Shown piece by piece: positions 1 through 12,975 of a DNA stretch of 64,000 bases (positions are counted from its first letter, which is position 1; each line of letters begins with the position of its first letter). The notes below the pieces were generated by a model that was given only the letters and a program-made list of their open reading frames with translations, had not been told where the DNA came from and did no database searches. The stretch is from Tubiluchus corallicola. Its lineage: Eukaryota; Animalia; Priapulida. The stretch is from the NCBI GenBank assembly GCA_030141605.1, contig JAQGDQ010000980.1, positions 1-64,000 on the forward strand, read 5' to 3'. A program made the position numbers and the translations under genes.

Positions 1-3000
1 GTGCAAATGTAAAACAGAAAACGTACAATTGTGGTGTTTAGAAGTCTTTGTGGTCTTTGTCTTTGCAGAATTAAGGTCGTGTTCTAACATCAAGTATTTC
101 GAAAACTACACAGCTGTAGGCATTTTCAAATCGGCTTTGCATTGTTTCAAGAGAAGGAAAGTCACTTTTAAACTACGTAGCAAAGAAATTTTCCATACAA
201 AGTTATAACACTTAGATTTACGCTTACCTGTTTGAAAAATAACAACGATTGAAAAAGAAAATTCTTAGTAAATAATTTAAAGTGTTCGCGCCAGCTGGTA
301 AAACGTCACTGTTTCACTATCCCAGTGAACATCAAAAAGTCACTGTTTCACCAAAAAAAACTTATTTTTGTAGTTGTAATTGTGGACCGCGTTATAGCTG
401 GCCGTCCTATCGATACATGAATAAGTTAATCTACGAGGCTGCGATCGAAGATAAAGCACAACTGCACAAAAAAACTTATTATTGTAGTTGTAGTTGTAGA
501 CCGCGGTTTACCTGGCGTATCGACTGTATTTACCGTATCGATATGTGGATATGTTAATCTATGAGGCTGCGATCGAAGATAAAACACAACTGCACAAAAA
601 AACTTTTAGAAACATAAAGCTAGAAAATCTACTTGAAATTTTGTATCACTTGCATACTGCCTGTGACGCCGGGCTTTACTTGTTGGTTTTCTGTTTTTTA
701 TTTAAACCAGATTTACTTCAACAATTCCCAAACTAGTACTCCTAGCCGAGCGGTGAGGTAGTAGTACACAGTTGTTAGTAGTTTAGAAACTGAATCAGTT
801 TCTCATAGGTACCTCTACCGGGCGTACCTTGAGACGAAAGACGCGGGTTCGAATCACGAGTGGGATCTTAAGTGTCGGTCTTGAGTTGCTGTTATTGTGT
901 TTAGCTAACAAAGTGTGAACTATTCATGATATTTTTACTATTTAAGTACTTCTCAAACGTTCACAAAAAGACGCACTCCAAGATACATATTTTTGTGTAT
1001 AAAAACGATCAAAATTTAATGAACAAATTTGTGATGATCAAAAGATAAATTTTAAAATCAGTCAGAGTGCTGCACTCCCTTTTGGTTTAAAATTAAAAGT
1101 ACTTTCAAATGCAGTCTCTCAGATTCATCTATAATAAACTGTGCATAACACTGCCTTAGTGCTTTCAGAAGTTGTATAAAACTTGAAAATTCCATTGATG
1201 ACCATTAGGCGCAGTTGTTTTTAAGATAGGACGTTTGAAACACCTTTAGATAGCATTGTGTAAAGTTTGAAAATATTCAAAGCATTCGCAGCGCACATTT
1301 TGCTAATTAAGTTTAGACTGCTGTATATTGTTAACAACATTAAGAATACGTTTTTTGGGTGTGTCAGTGATGCACATTGGGAAGGTGTGTCAGTGGTGCA
1401 CACTGGGAAATTGAGTCAGTGGTGCACATTGGGAAAGTGAGTCAGTGGTGCACATTGGGATGGTGAGTCAGTAAAATTTTGCAAATTAGCGCGTGTATTT
1501 TAAATTACTAAGAACTTTCATTTCTAGTTAGATAAAATTTTGAAGCATGTAACCGTAGTGCTAAACTTTGTTTGGAAAGTTTTTTTGGGACATACTTTAA
1601 ATTTGCCTTTCCTTTTCCTTTAAGAATTGACCCTGTGCTACTAACGCATTACTTATTTAGTGCTGCAGATAATTAAAAAACGAATAATTATTTAAAAACT
1701 AAACACGCACACATGTAGAGCAAATCCTTAATTAACGCACATTTAATGAGAAAAAGACTTGATCAATATTCTCTTTGATCTGTGCAAAGCAATTTGAAGA
1801 TAATGAAGAACGTTTAATAAAAAGGTTTTATTTTACAGTTTTCAGGGTAAAACACACTTCATCGTGATCAATTTTTTTCAATCACTTAGTTAGATAAAGA
1901 ACGCTTTAGTTTTGCACTGAGCATAGAAAATTCCTTTTAAAAAATTAAACATTACAAAAGTCGTTCGCGGAAAATATTTTTGTACCTATTGCAAGCTATT
2001 AAGTTACTTAAAGGAGAATAAAAGGGGTACCTGAAGTACGTTTCAGAAAAATCGCCTTAAAATCATACTACTTTATAGCAGTTTTGTGCATATATCGTAC
2101 TCGCGTTAAAAGAAATTTTTGTTTGTTTTCATTTTGAATCTCCCGCAGTACTGTTCCGACGGCGCTATTACATGACGTCACTACGCCACGTAAATCAGGG
2201 GAAGAAAAGGAAATGTTAAACTATGTCTCAAAAAACTTTCAATGCAAATCTATTTTACTTAGCTTTTCGCTTACCTGCTTGAAAGACTTATGTAACTAGA
2301 AAAGAAAATTTTTAATTATTTAAAATGTTTTCACTAATTGGTAAAATGTCGCTGACTACAGGGTGCACCACTTACTAACCAAAAACTTATTTTTAATCTT
2401 ATTGACAAGATATAGTAATTTAAAATTTTACTCAGTTAGTGACATGTACGCTACGAATGCTCTGATTATTTTTTCAAACTTTACACAATGTTATCTAAAC
2501 TTTTTTCAAACGACTTATCGTCAAAATGGCTGCGTCTAACTGTCCTTGCGGGAGTTTAAATTTACATGTTTTATACAGTGCTACTGCCAATTGAAGTCCT
2601 GTGTATAAGAAGGCAGTATGCAAGTGATATAAAATTTGAAGACGAATTTTTTAAGCTTTATGTTTATGAAGGGTTTTCTTGTGCTTTATTCTAGCACAGC
2701 TAATAAAAGTATTATGTGATTACAGCCGACCGTAATCGCTCGAAAACACCATGTAGAAATTAGACAAAACTGCAGTAAAATGGAAACATACAAATAAGGC
2801 AATCCTGAACTATCTATACACCCAATAACCTATACTTTAAAGTAATGGCAGACCTTAACGAGCTAAATACAGTTATTATTTGGACAATGACTGGGCTCTC
2901 ATATCATAAGTTGACAACTGAGAAGGGTAGACGGTCTCGGTTACCTATGGAATAAGCATGTCTATGTCATGCAAATCCTCCAGCCATACAGCTTGAGCAT

Positions 3001-3899
3001 TCATACGTCACGTAATTGTGTTACGTCAAATGCTATTAGAAACCAGTATACCATCGTTAACATTAATTCCTTATGTGATATTTTTAATTATAACAGTTCT
3101 AACAAATATATATATATGGTATACTGGTTAATGTAATATATATATGTATGTATGTATATATAAAGTATATTAATATATATCTAATATATATAGTATATAT
3201 AATAAAGTATATATTAATACTTAATTGTAATAAAACATGCACAAAATGTACAGTAATAAAATCAGGAAATATTAAATTGAGCTCGCACCTGCGACAACTG
3301 CAACAGCCAAAATAATGAAATTGCAATTATTTGTAACAATTTTGATACTTGAACAAATATACATCTGGTCATTTATAGTAAACAGTTCACGTGATTCGGT
3401 CCTACTGTTGTTTACAAATGTGTCTCATACCGTCAGTTCGTCTTTTTAACTGAAAATTGAATTTGACACACATTTTATTTTTAACTGTTTAACATGATTT
3501 TGTATGTAATCACCTGTTCTTTGTAAGCCTGCGTTAATGTGTTTTTAACTGCGTGAACATTCAGAGTCGTCTAGACTTAGTCAATTCAATACGAATTATG
3601 CACCTTTTGTAAAACGTTCAATTTTCTTTTAGTACAACTTTTAGCACAGCAGACATCTTCTTCACAGTTTAGACAAATCATGAAATATATAAACATGCGG
3701 GCGATTATTGTGTAAAAAGAACAAAAGTGAATTTAGGATTATAAGTTACCACGTGTGCTATTGAGACACTGTCTACAAAATGTGTCACTTTTTAACGGTT
3801 AAATTCTGATACGTATTTACGTAAACTCTTATTTACCATGAAGTTTCAGAAGAATCCTTTTTTCGTTCCGAAACGTCGTGTTAAATAAATCGTCTTGAT

Positions 3900-4502
3900 T
3901 CACTCTGCTCTAAGTTTTACTAAGAATCAGCTCTCATACTTTGTGTATTGAAAGAAGGAGGTACGTTAAACCTGGAAAAATCCCAGCTGAGAATCATATA
4001 TGCTCGTACTGTTTAAGAAATTAAATCGAAGACAAAATTACACTTTATTATAAAATGCCCATACTACAAAGATCTTAGAGAAAAATTATATAATCACTTC
4101 AATGTAATTATACCAGAATTTTTTCTTTTGAGCGATGCTGATAAATTTTTATTCTTGATGGGAAGTAATGATTTAGAAGTAATTAAGCCATTTATTAATT
4201 ATGTTGAAATTGTTTTTTAAGACATGATGAATAATATACCATGTAATGATTATATCATTGATAATGAGGCCTAACGAATGATAATTTATATTAAATACTA
4301 ATCATTAAACTTTTCATTGAATAACTTCTATAATTAACAGAAAGATTCAACAATATTTGTTTTATTAGTAATTGTTTTGTTTGTATATAGTGTCATTATA
4401 TTTCAAAATTGAAATTGTATGTATGCTTGTTTTTTCTTGTATATTTCAAAATTGAAATTGTATGTATTTTTGACACTAATAAATAAATATCTAAAATATC
4501 TA
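3900..4502 (+). mobile_element. Degenerate 3' end of a non-LTR retrotransposon (RTE-X-like C-terminal Cys/His knuckle) plus 3' UTR and tail
   Basis: Manual translation LLRISSHTLCIERRRY...NHICSYC...IEDK/HFIIKCPYYKDLR, with stops and frameshifts, matches the R-S-H-x-L-x-IE..C-x2-C..E-x2-HF..C motif at the end of LINE ORF2. Ends in AATAAATAAATATCTAAAATATCTA. Confidence 0.6.
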
Positions 4503-4579
4503 GATTACAGGAAATTTACACATACATATCTAAGTCAATCACGTATGTAGTTCGTTTATTCGTAATAAGCGCAGCGTCA

Positions 4580-4800
4580 TCGATTGAATTACACAATGTT
4601 TCATTCGATTTGAAGAATTTTGTATATAAAGTTCAGTAAACGCCTGAAAGCCTCAATACAGCTGCCTTAGGAACTAATGATCAGTTGAAGTTGTTATTGT
4701 TTGGAAAAGATGAAGTAAATTATGTTGTCAACTGTAAAATATTTCAATGTAGACACTGAAACATGACTTTATATGTCATACTAAGCGCTTCCAGTAGTTT
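4580..4800 (+). mobile_element. CR1-like LINE ORF2 extreme 3' fragment
   Basis: Translation ...QLKLLLFGKDEVNYVVNCKIFQC..HDFICHTKRF* fits the LLFG..N..IF..FI..TKRF terminus of invertebrate CR1-group LINEs. Confidence 0.55.
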
Positions 4801-4866
4801 CTATCTGATATGAGATGAGTCAGTCTTAAATATTCGTACATTAATATTTTTAACTGTCATTTGGAA

Positions 4867-5158
4867 CTAATATCTAATGTAGCCTTGTAGTAAAACTTGA
4901 CAGCTTGTGTAGGCATAGTCAATTCTTGCTATAAATGTTACTAATATCTAACGTAATCTTGTAGTAAAACTTGTCAGCGTGTGTAGGTATAGTCAATTCT
5001 TACTATAAATGTTACTAATATCTAACGTAATCTTGTAGTAAAACTTGTCAGCTTGTGTACGTATAGTCAATTCTTACTGTAAATGTTACTAATATCTAAT
5101 GCAATCTTGTAGTAAAACTTGCCAGCGTGAGTAGGCATAGTAAATTCTTACTGTAAAC
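4867..5158. repeat. 74-bp tandem repeat, ~4 copies
   Basis: Unit ctaatatctaacgtaatcttgtagtaaaacttgtcagc...aaatgtta recurs at about 4867, 4941, 5015 and 5089. Confidence 0.9.
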
Positions 5159-5869
5159 ATTTTTGTAACTAGTGTATATAGTTTGTTGTGGTGAGAATCC
5201 TAAATCATGTTTTTAAACTGCTTTATCCGATCCTATAATAAATTATGTTTAAACTAACGTTGAGTACTAATAGTGCAACCCTCCGTTTATTAGAAAAAAC
5301 TGCATCTCGTGTGCAAACTGTTGCTGTTAAATCAAATGTTCAGATCCATAGCTAAATTAGTATTTTTACTTGACGCAAACATTAGAGTGTTTTATTATAA
5401 CGTTAAACTAATACGTTTGACGTGACTGAGTGCTAAGCCATGCTTGTCACAGTCACGTGAGGTTTTTTATTATCCATAAACTGTATTCTGCGAGACGCCA
5501 ACAAACATTCTGAAAGTTTTTTAGACAAGAACTGATCATGTGCTTATAGCAGAGCGCATCTGTCTACAGTCAATTTATCAGCTATTTTGCTGTAGCCAAG
5601 GTCACCCAACACTTTCACTTGTAGACCAAAATAGACGCCATCATGTTCTTGGTTAAGACCTACTTTCTTATGAAAAAGTGAAAGTGATCTGAAAAGGCGC
5701 AGCACTTTCTATATACTGCAATGAAAGTAGTTCGGTTCAACAAAGTCATAATAAGTGACAATCGTGATTGGTAATGAGTGGCATCAAACACATTTAATGG
5801 TGAGGTGAAAATCTTTTAAGGAAAGTTTTTGAAGATAAGATTACATAATCAAAAATGAAGGTTTAAACA

Positions 5870-6195
5870 CTAGAACGAAAGAAATTCCTTGGAGTTCAAA
5901 AGTCAAGATCCGAAGATTAAGATGTCTAGGAGGCCTTCCAAGATTACCAAGTGAAGTACCAGTAAAAATCGCCTTTAAGGAAGCTTTAAAACCTTGCAAA
6001 AACCACCTGGCAAACCAATAATAACTTAGGTAGCTAAGATAATAAAGATGTTCAACAATTTCAATTAAATCTGTCTTTAGGAGCAGAAGAACCTAGTCTG
6101 TTAGCTGCAGATAGAAGTGGGTGGAATACTCTGATAAATGTTAGTGCTTTAATGTCTACCATAGATGGAATGAGAGCTTGAAGAAGAAAGAAGCA
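5870..6195 (+). mobile_element. RTE-clade LINE 3' fragment
   Basis: PWSSKVKIRRLRCLGGLPRLP...PPGKP...AADRSGW resembles the RTE C-terminus (RRLRWxGH..P..GRP..A-DR..W), followed by a (GAA)n-like tail. Confidence 0.6.
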
Positions 6196-7082
6196 TCATC
6201 AAAATATATATTAACTAAAATTCTACTGCGCATTGTGCCGCGCCAGTAACAAATGCGCTAACAATTATTAAATTATTTTTTTTTAAAAATTAAGTTCATT
6301 AAAATTACAAACCAACCAGTAGGCGAGGTAGGGTTTCTTATACAAGGTGAGGTATAAGAAAGGTAGCGTTTCAACGCTACCCTAATACATTTTTTTCAAA
6401 AAGTGAAAAAAGAAAGTTAAATTTCAAATCGAATAATCTTAGCATCTTACATTATGGAAAAACAAATTGTAATGCTAAAAATAATTGTTACTGCGAAAAA
6501 GGTTACAGTTAAAACTTATTCAAAGTAATTAAAACTCATTTAATGTTTTTAATAATTCTCCCATTTATTTATGGATTAGTGGATTTATTTATATAATACG
6601 CCATTTTCTCTACGACTGTCGAAACCATTTGTGATAAATGACATATATTAAACGAGCCTCTCGATCTCCCTCGGTCCTAAATGGGGCTTGTTTTCCAATT
6701 TGGAATGTCCGACAGGAACCACGGGCGAAAATCTCCAAAAATCGACGTCTCCGTCCGTTTTTTTTGCAAAAGTTATAAAACGTTTTCTAGCAGTTTTTTC
6801 TGGTACTAATGAATAAATTCTATCCCATAATGCAGCACAAGAAACAATACGAGATGTGCGAATGTTCTGGAAAACGTCATTGTTCGGTTGTTCATGGACG
6901 ACGTCAGAGACGTTAATGTTTTCTCTCCGCACTTGTGTGTGTTTACTTGTGGTTAGTATAATTTAGATTTGGTTAGATTGGATTACGTTAGCTTGTAATT
7001 ATATGTTTTGTTTTGCTACACAGATGGCGCTGCGCTTGCTGTCTGTTTGATCAAGAGGCCAGCAGGTAAAAGTAAAACTTAC

Positions 7083-7187
7083 CTATCGAAGGATTATAGC
7101 CATTATATTTTCCAGTATCTATTGTTTCTTTGAGCGCATCAATAATTTCTTGAGCCGGGGCAAGATTTCCAAAAACAGTTGGATCTC
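7083..7187 (-). CDS. TAT: Tyrosine aminotransferase, second coding exon (105 bp, phase 1/1)
   Basis: Acceptor tttgttcttttAG| and donor |GTAAGT. Translates (G)[34 protein letters not shown](G), the conserved GDPTVFGNL...GKYNGY.PSIG block of TAT. Not in the ORF track. No later exon was found at 1-7082, so the gene continues beyond the left edge. Confidence 0.93.
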
Positions 7188-7399
7188 CTAAAAGAACAAA
7201 CGGTTTAAAATTATCAGCAGTTCTAGTAATTACTGTATACTGTGTAAAGGTTTCAGTCTCAATGGATCCACCCCCGGAGGTTTGTTTGTGACTTGATCTA
7301 CCTCTGCAATGGTCTACGTTTTAGTAACATACTGTAAATATAATTTTTTTCTGCAGCTATGAGTTGCAGTGTCAAAAATAGCTAAATTTTAACATAGTA

Positions 7400-7707
7400 T
7401 AGGTTTTACACGTCAAATGTAGACATAGGAAAGTTCAAATGTGACTTAGGTATGTGAAATGTAGACATAGGAATTTCGAATGTGTTTTGGTAACTCAAAT
7501 GTGACTTAGGTAAGTCAAATGTAGACATAGGACATTTGACTTGACACGTGTCTACACTTGACTTACCAAAACCGCTTAAGATTTGTTGAAAACCATTGTT
7601 AACACATTTGAACTACCTAAGTCTACATTTGAGTTACCAAGACACATTTGAATTGCCTAAATCTACATTTGAGTTAACGCAGGTTTACATTTGATATGTG
7701 AAACCTG
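7400..7707. mobile_element. Foldback-type MITE with ~21-bp subterminal repeats, flanked by TA
   Basis: Left TA|(t)AGGTTTTACACGTCAAATGTAGAC versus reverse complement of the right end TA|CAGGTTTCACATATCAAATGTAAAC. aaatgtagacatagg repeats in the left arm, inverted (tctacatttga) in the right arm. Confidence 0.65.
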
Positions 7708-7932
7708 TAGTAATTATTCCATTATCGATTTGTCTATTCTGATTCAGAAGCTACGAAGGTGTCATGTTAACTGAAGTGCCTTTTTTTCAAGTATGTTTTA
7801 TAATCGATCATTTCCGGGATAGTTAGGCAACAGTGCCTTTACGGCGCGTTCAGACTAGCGAGTTTTCTCGCCAAGTTAATTTACCAAGTAACTCGCACGC
7901 GTGTTCACAGTAGAGCGCAAAACTTGCTACGA

Positions 7933-8342
7933 GTTACTGTCCAACAGTTAATTCAATTCTCTCTTCGCTGCTAGAAGTATAGAAGGTAATTCGCCGTGGC
8001 GTCCACACTAGACAGTAACTCTCTAGTGTGTTACTCGTGAGTTACTCTCCAACAGTCAATTCAATTCTCTCTTCGCTGCTAGAAGTATAGAAGGTAATTC
8101 ACCGAGGCGTCCACACTAGACAGTAACTCTCTAGTGTGTTACTCGTGAGTTACTCTCCAAGAGTCAATTCAATTCTCTCTTCGCTGCTAGAAGTATAGAA
8201 GGTAATTCGCCGAGGCGTCCACACTAGACAGTAACTCTCTAGTGTGTTACTCGTGAGTTACTCTCCAAGAGTCAATTCAATTCTCTCTTCACTGCTGAAA
8301 GTGTAGAAGGTAATTCCCCGAGGCGTCCACACTAGACAGTAA
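7933..8342. repeat. 108-bp tandem repeat (~3.8 copies) following a Harbinger-MITE-like terminus at ~7843
   Basis: Unit gttactctccaacagtcaattc...ggcgtccacactagacagtaactctctagtgtgttactcgtga at 7933, 8041, 8149 and 8257. Upstream GGCGCGTTCAGACTAG resembles the GGCGTCCACACTAG motif inside the unit. Confidence 0.85.
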
Positions 8343-9120
8343 GTGACAGTTACACGCAAAGTACTTCAGAGTTGCGAGCTTGCTGTCAGAGAGAAACCTT
8401 ACACACGTGTGAAGGTTAGACGTGTGAAACCTTACAAGCTTACGCGGTTTCTGGAACAAAAGAGGATCTATTTCCAATTGAAATTAAATCCACTTACCTG
8501 TCACTGCATAAAATTTGATGAACCATCAACCACGTAAGATCATTATGTAGGAGTATGAAATCCTCATTGTTGTAAATTTTTGTTACTAAGTATTAAAATA
8601 TGTTCGTTATCTTTTATTATGTATGTATGTAGTGTTGGATTATAATTTGTAACTATGTCTATTGTATATGATCGTTGTCGTTCAATGTGTCTCATGCGTT
8701 GGATTCTAAATTATATATATATATATAATTATATGTATTATATTATATATTATTATAATTATATAATTATAATATATATATATGATTATGTTTAATACAT
8801 TGTAAATGCTTCTAGAAATTATAAAAATATCCTTACAAATAGAGGGAATGTATTCTGTACATAGTTTTTAAAAAGAATTATAATAATAAATAATAACTCA
8901 TTGTTGACAAACAGGAAAAACTTTGACATACAATATCACTAATAAAGCAAAATTATACGCATTTTATTATGCCCACAAGAAACAACTGCTGCCGTGATTT
9001 GCAAAAGAATTAAGTCAAGTTTGGCGTGAAATTCTCAACTTATGCAAAATGAGTAGAGACTACGTTTGCCCCAGGGCCCAAGATCCGAAATCATTTTACC
9101 ATTCACTAGCAGAGACATCT

Positions 9121-9663
9121 ATCATTGTGAGTCCACTGATTGTGAGCCCACTCATTGTGAGCCCACTCATTGTGAGCCCACTGATTGTGAACCCACTCAT
9201 TGAGAGCCCACTCATTGTGAGTCCACTGATTGTGAGCCCACTCATTGTGAGCCCACTGATTGTGAGCCCGCTCATTGTGAGTCCACTGATTGTGAGCCCA
9301 CTCATTGTGAGCCCACTCATTGTGAGCCCACTCATTGTGAGCCCACTGATTGTGAGCCGACTGATTGTAAGCCCACTCATTGTGAGCCCACTCATTGTGA
9401 GCCCACTCATTGTGAACCCACTCATTGTGAGCCCACTGATTGTGAACCCACTCATTGTTAGCCCACTCATTGTGAGCCCACTTATTGTGAGCCCACTCAT
9501 TGTGAGCCGACTGATTGTGAGCCCACTCATTGTGAGCCCACTCATTGTGAGCCCACTCATTGTGAACCCACTCATTGTGAGCCCACTCATTGTGAACCCA
9601 CTCATTGAGAGCCCACTGATTGTGAGCCCATTGATTGTGAGCCCACTCTTTGTGAGCCCACTC
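9121..9663. repeat. 15-bp minisatellite (CTCATTGTGAGCCCA)n, ~36 copies, in TAT intron
   Basis: Directly visible. The unit is a multiple of 3, which explains the spurious repetitive ORFs on both strands. Confidence 0.95.
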
Positions 9664-10052
9664 CATAAAAAACGAGTTTTTGTTATTGGCGTGTCTAATT
9701 GAAAATATAGCTAAATTATCAAGACTTAGCGTCTTAATTATTATAAATTATAAACTATTGCCATAGACAGCTTAGCAAACAATTCTTTTTACACATATAA
9801 ATATCACATGAAAAAAAACTGACACATTACTAACTTTGGTTGACCAGCTAACATCTGAATCAACAAAATCGCACGTGTGTCAGCCGTGTCCAGTTGATTC
9901 TAACATCAATACACTTTGCCTGCGTGTCCGAATTTGTAGTTCTAAAAATTTAATCATAACACCATTTGCCCTCAACACTTAAAATTGGTAACAGCTGCCA
10001 TTCATTTGACAAAAATCACTCATTGTCAAAGAAAAACGAACACTAGGCTTAC

Positions 10053-10269
10053 CTATAGACAAGGCAATCATAGATTTGTTAGGATTTGGCGTTAGTTTCA
10101 TCCCGTCCACAATTTTTCGGATGGGATTGTGTGTGTTTCGTGACATGTCAGACGCTGGAATATTCCAGCCAATTCTCTGATGACGTGACTTCATCATCAA
10201 TGCGTCATCGTAATCATCGACGTCATAAGAATGATCGGGAAGAGAAAATGTTGACATTTTCTTCAGCAT
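10053..10269 (-). CDS. TAT: Tyrosine aminotransferase, first coding exon
   Basis: Acceptor ttgcttttAG|GG-ATG (exon starts 10271; ATG at 10269, alternative ATG at 10257). ...[39 protein letters not shown]|GTAAGC matches the TAT N-terminal W..S.M...T.NPIR.IVD.MK..PNPNK.MI.LSIG block. The phase-1 donor fits the 7187 exon. Confidence 0.92.
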
Positions 10270-10371
10270 CCCTAAAAGCAAAGAGCTCGTCAATATATCA
10301 ATATTAGTTTAGCAATCATTTTTACATAGTAGTATAATTATCAAATTTAGAAATTTCAAATCCCTAGAAAG

Positions 10372-10412
<41 letters not shown>

Positions 10413-12789
10413 TGTATATTGCGATATGTTACAATATATGTTGCAGATGGGTTACATAATTATTTAGCCTGTCTAACTTTGTCAACTTGTAAAATTAATA
10501 ATTTTCATTTTCGAAATTTCTTACAGATTTGTTAATTTATACCTAAAAACATTTAATATAATAAATTACAAATTTTAGGTGCGATTTCAGTTAAAATTAC
10601 GAAAAAAAACTTAGTAATCTTAATTAGTTAATAATGGTCATTGAAAAGGAACTAATCCTCAATGTTTTCTTCCTACTAATAGATGGCGCCACATACTTTG
10701 CATATTGTACTGCAAACTAATTATAGCTGTATACAGTAGTAATGCTGACAAATAGACGAAAGGCGAATAAAACCTGACATAAATGTGATAAATTTAACCC
10801 AATTCGAAATTTATTTTTTTATTTGCTAATTTCGAACGTTACCAAAACGTCAGCTAGTTTAAATTCCATTAAATTCCAAAAAACAATTGAGAGCCATTAA
10901 CAATTCAGAGCCACAGCCAATAATTTCGACTGCTAAATGTAACAAATAGAAGAAAGACAAAAATGTGATAAATTTAACAACAAGGAGTTGGTAACAATTA
11001 GTGTCTTTATCATAATTAGCTCTTTTGAACCGAGCTGAGGCTACATCAAATTTTTCATTGATATTTATCTATTCAATGAGGACGCGACCTCTTGCTTATT
11101 ATGGTACTGGAATCTAGCTTATTATTAGTTCTCTAAGATGAGATAACAGAGTCGTGGATATAGACCTGAGCTTGATTTAGTCACGTACGCATCTTTTTTG
11201 ACGAGATGATTGAAATGGGAAGATAAAATGCCTCAGAAAGGATTTTCTTGGCAGTCATTCATTTAACCGCTAACAAGGACTACCGTTTACGAACACACAA
11301 GAAGGTGAAATGGCATGGAAAACATTATTTTGTCATGTCTGGGTATTGTTGGCACTAAAGATTGAATTTGACGTAAACAGATGGTCGATTTGAAGCGATG
11401 TTGGCTGTCACGAATACAATCAAAAGGCACGGTATGTCCATGCTACATAGGCCTAAATCAAACACTATTGCTTCTCCTCTCAGAGGCGAGTTTTGTTCCA
11501 AGTGGAACAAATTTAGATAAACACATTTGTGGTGAAAATGGAAACCATGATTCAATGTTTGAATTCCATTGCGTATACGTAGCTCAGTTTCAAAAGGTTT
11601 ACTTCGTTTATGAGGCAGTTAATGTTACTAAAACAATGGTTTTTATTGTTTTGACTGTTCAAACTATGACGTACACAGAATACTATTATTGGATCAGCTC
11701 TGTTATTATCGACACATAACTCCAGAATTACACGCCAACCCTAAACCTGCTATTATTTACAACGACATTTTTCATAAACTCAGATCAGGTCATCCATCCA
11801 GTCATATTCTTTCCGAATTGTTGCAAAACTATATAAAGTCTACTAAACGTTTTGCTAACTGATTGTACGTGTAATTGTATTTTAAGTTATTATGTAGACT
11901 GTCTTTTCAATCAACTACTCATTAATAAACAACTTATGCTAGCATCAATAATATGTACTGCTGTAATAACTGTAATACTACACTAATTGTATTAATTCCA
12001 CATGTATAGGATTTCTGAATTAAGAAGTAACATTGTACAACTTGTACTTTGCATCGGCTTATAGGCTTATATACTTCGAGAATCGTTTCAGTTATTGTAT
12101 CTGCGCATGGGTTTTGTAAATTTCAATCAAGTATTAACTAATGAACTAGTCGTATTTTTGAATGAACTAATTTGAGTTATTACGTACTCGAACTAACTAG
12201 TCGTATATTTCTTCACTGCACATAGTGGAAATACTGTGATCAGTAATGGTTACTGTGTTGTAAATCCACTCAAAATAAACAAAATAAAGTTTATACATAT
12301 AACAATAGTCAGGTATTATTCCTCATTGCAGTCTTGCATAGTTTTCCGACAGAAATGGCGTACTCAAGTTGAGTAACTCAACAGCTCTGCTTTGTATATG
12401 TTAATTGACTTAATTTAAAAAATCAGTTGCCTTACACAGACACCTTCATTTCCATAAACGCTACTTGTTGGATGTTTATTCTTTAAATATCCTTAACACT
12501 CATATTTAAAAATCTGATCTGGAATACCTTGATAATCATCTTAGGTCGTCCATGTTGAGTGACGGGGAGTCTCAGCTTTAAGATACTCATTTTCAGTACG
12601 TAGGATTTCATTTTTTGCATAATAAGGGCATGAAATTTATTCATTTTAGTGCTTAACAAGTAATTAACTAGCTCGTTTTTGAGACATTCAGTGAAATCAG
12701 TGTCTGTATATAATTTTATAATTGTAAATTGTATATAGGGGTAATTTTAAAAGCATTAGTTTACATATGGCGATATATGGATAAAATAC

Positions 12790-12975
12790 ACACATATTTT
12801 AAATTTTGCAGATACAACTTCCTAACATGCAAAACTGTCACAGTTCTATGAGCGATAACTATTAATCGTTGCAAAGTACTGGTGAAAATTGCTGGGTCAG
12901 TGGAGTGGATATAATCGTTTGTCAAATTACTACACAAATGAGCATAATTCCGGAATCTTAAGATGATTGGTGACA
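12790..12975 (-). mobile_element. Possible degenerate L2/Crack-like LINE 3' end
   Basis: RFRNYAHLCSNLTNDYIHSTDPAIFTSTL resembles the F.Y.GA.LWN.LP..I..S..L..FK..L terminus of CR1/L2-group ORF2. Confidence 0.35.

Noticed and set aside
282-736. Two short ORFs sharing LIYEAAIEDK
   Set aside because: Produced by a ~125-bp local direct repeat within repeat-like sequence related to ~2265-2395; no splice or homology support.
3288-3364. Minus-strand MYICSSIKIVTNNCNFIILAVAVVA-G|GTGCGA as a signal-peptide exon
   Set aside because: Weak donor, no compatible downstream exon found, and no TAT similarity.
6648-6932. 94-aa minus-strand ORF inside the TAT intron
   Set aside because: GTG start, no TAT similarity, no recognisable motif; probably a repeat.
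9049-9702. (SPLIV)n, (SGLTM)n and (EWAHN)n ORFs
   Set aside because: Translations of a 15-bp minisatellite open in several frames.
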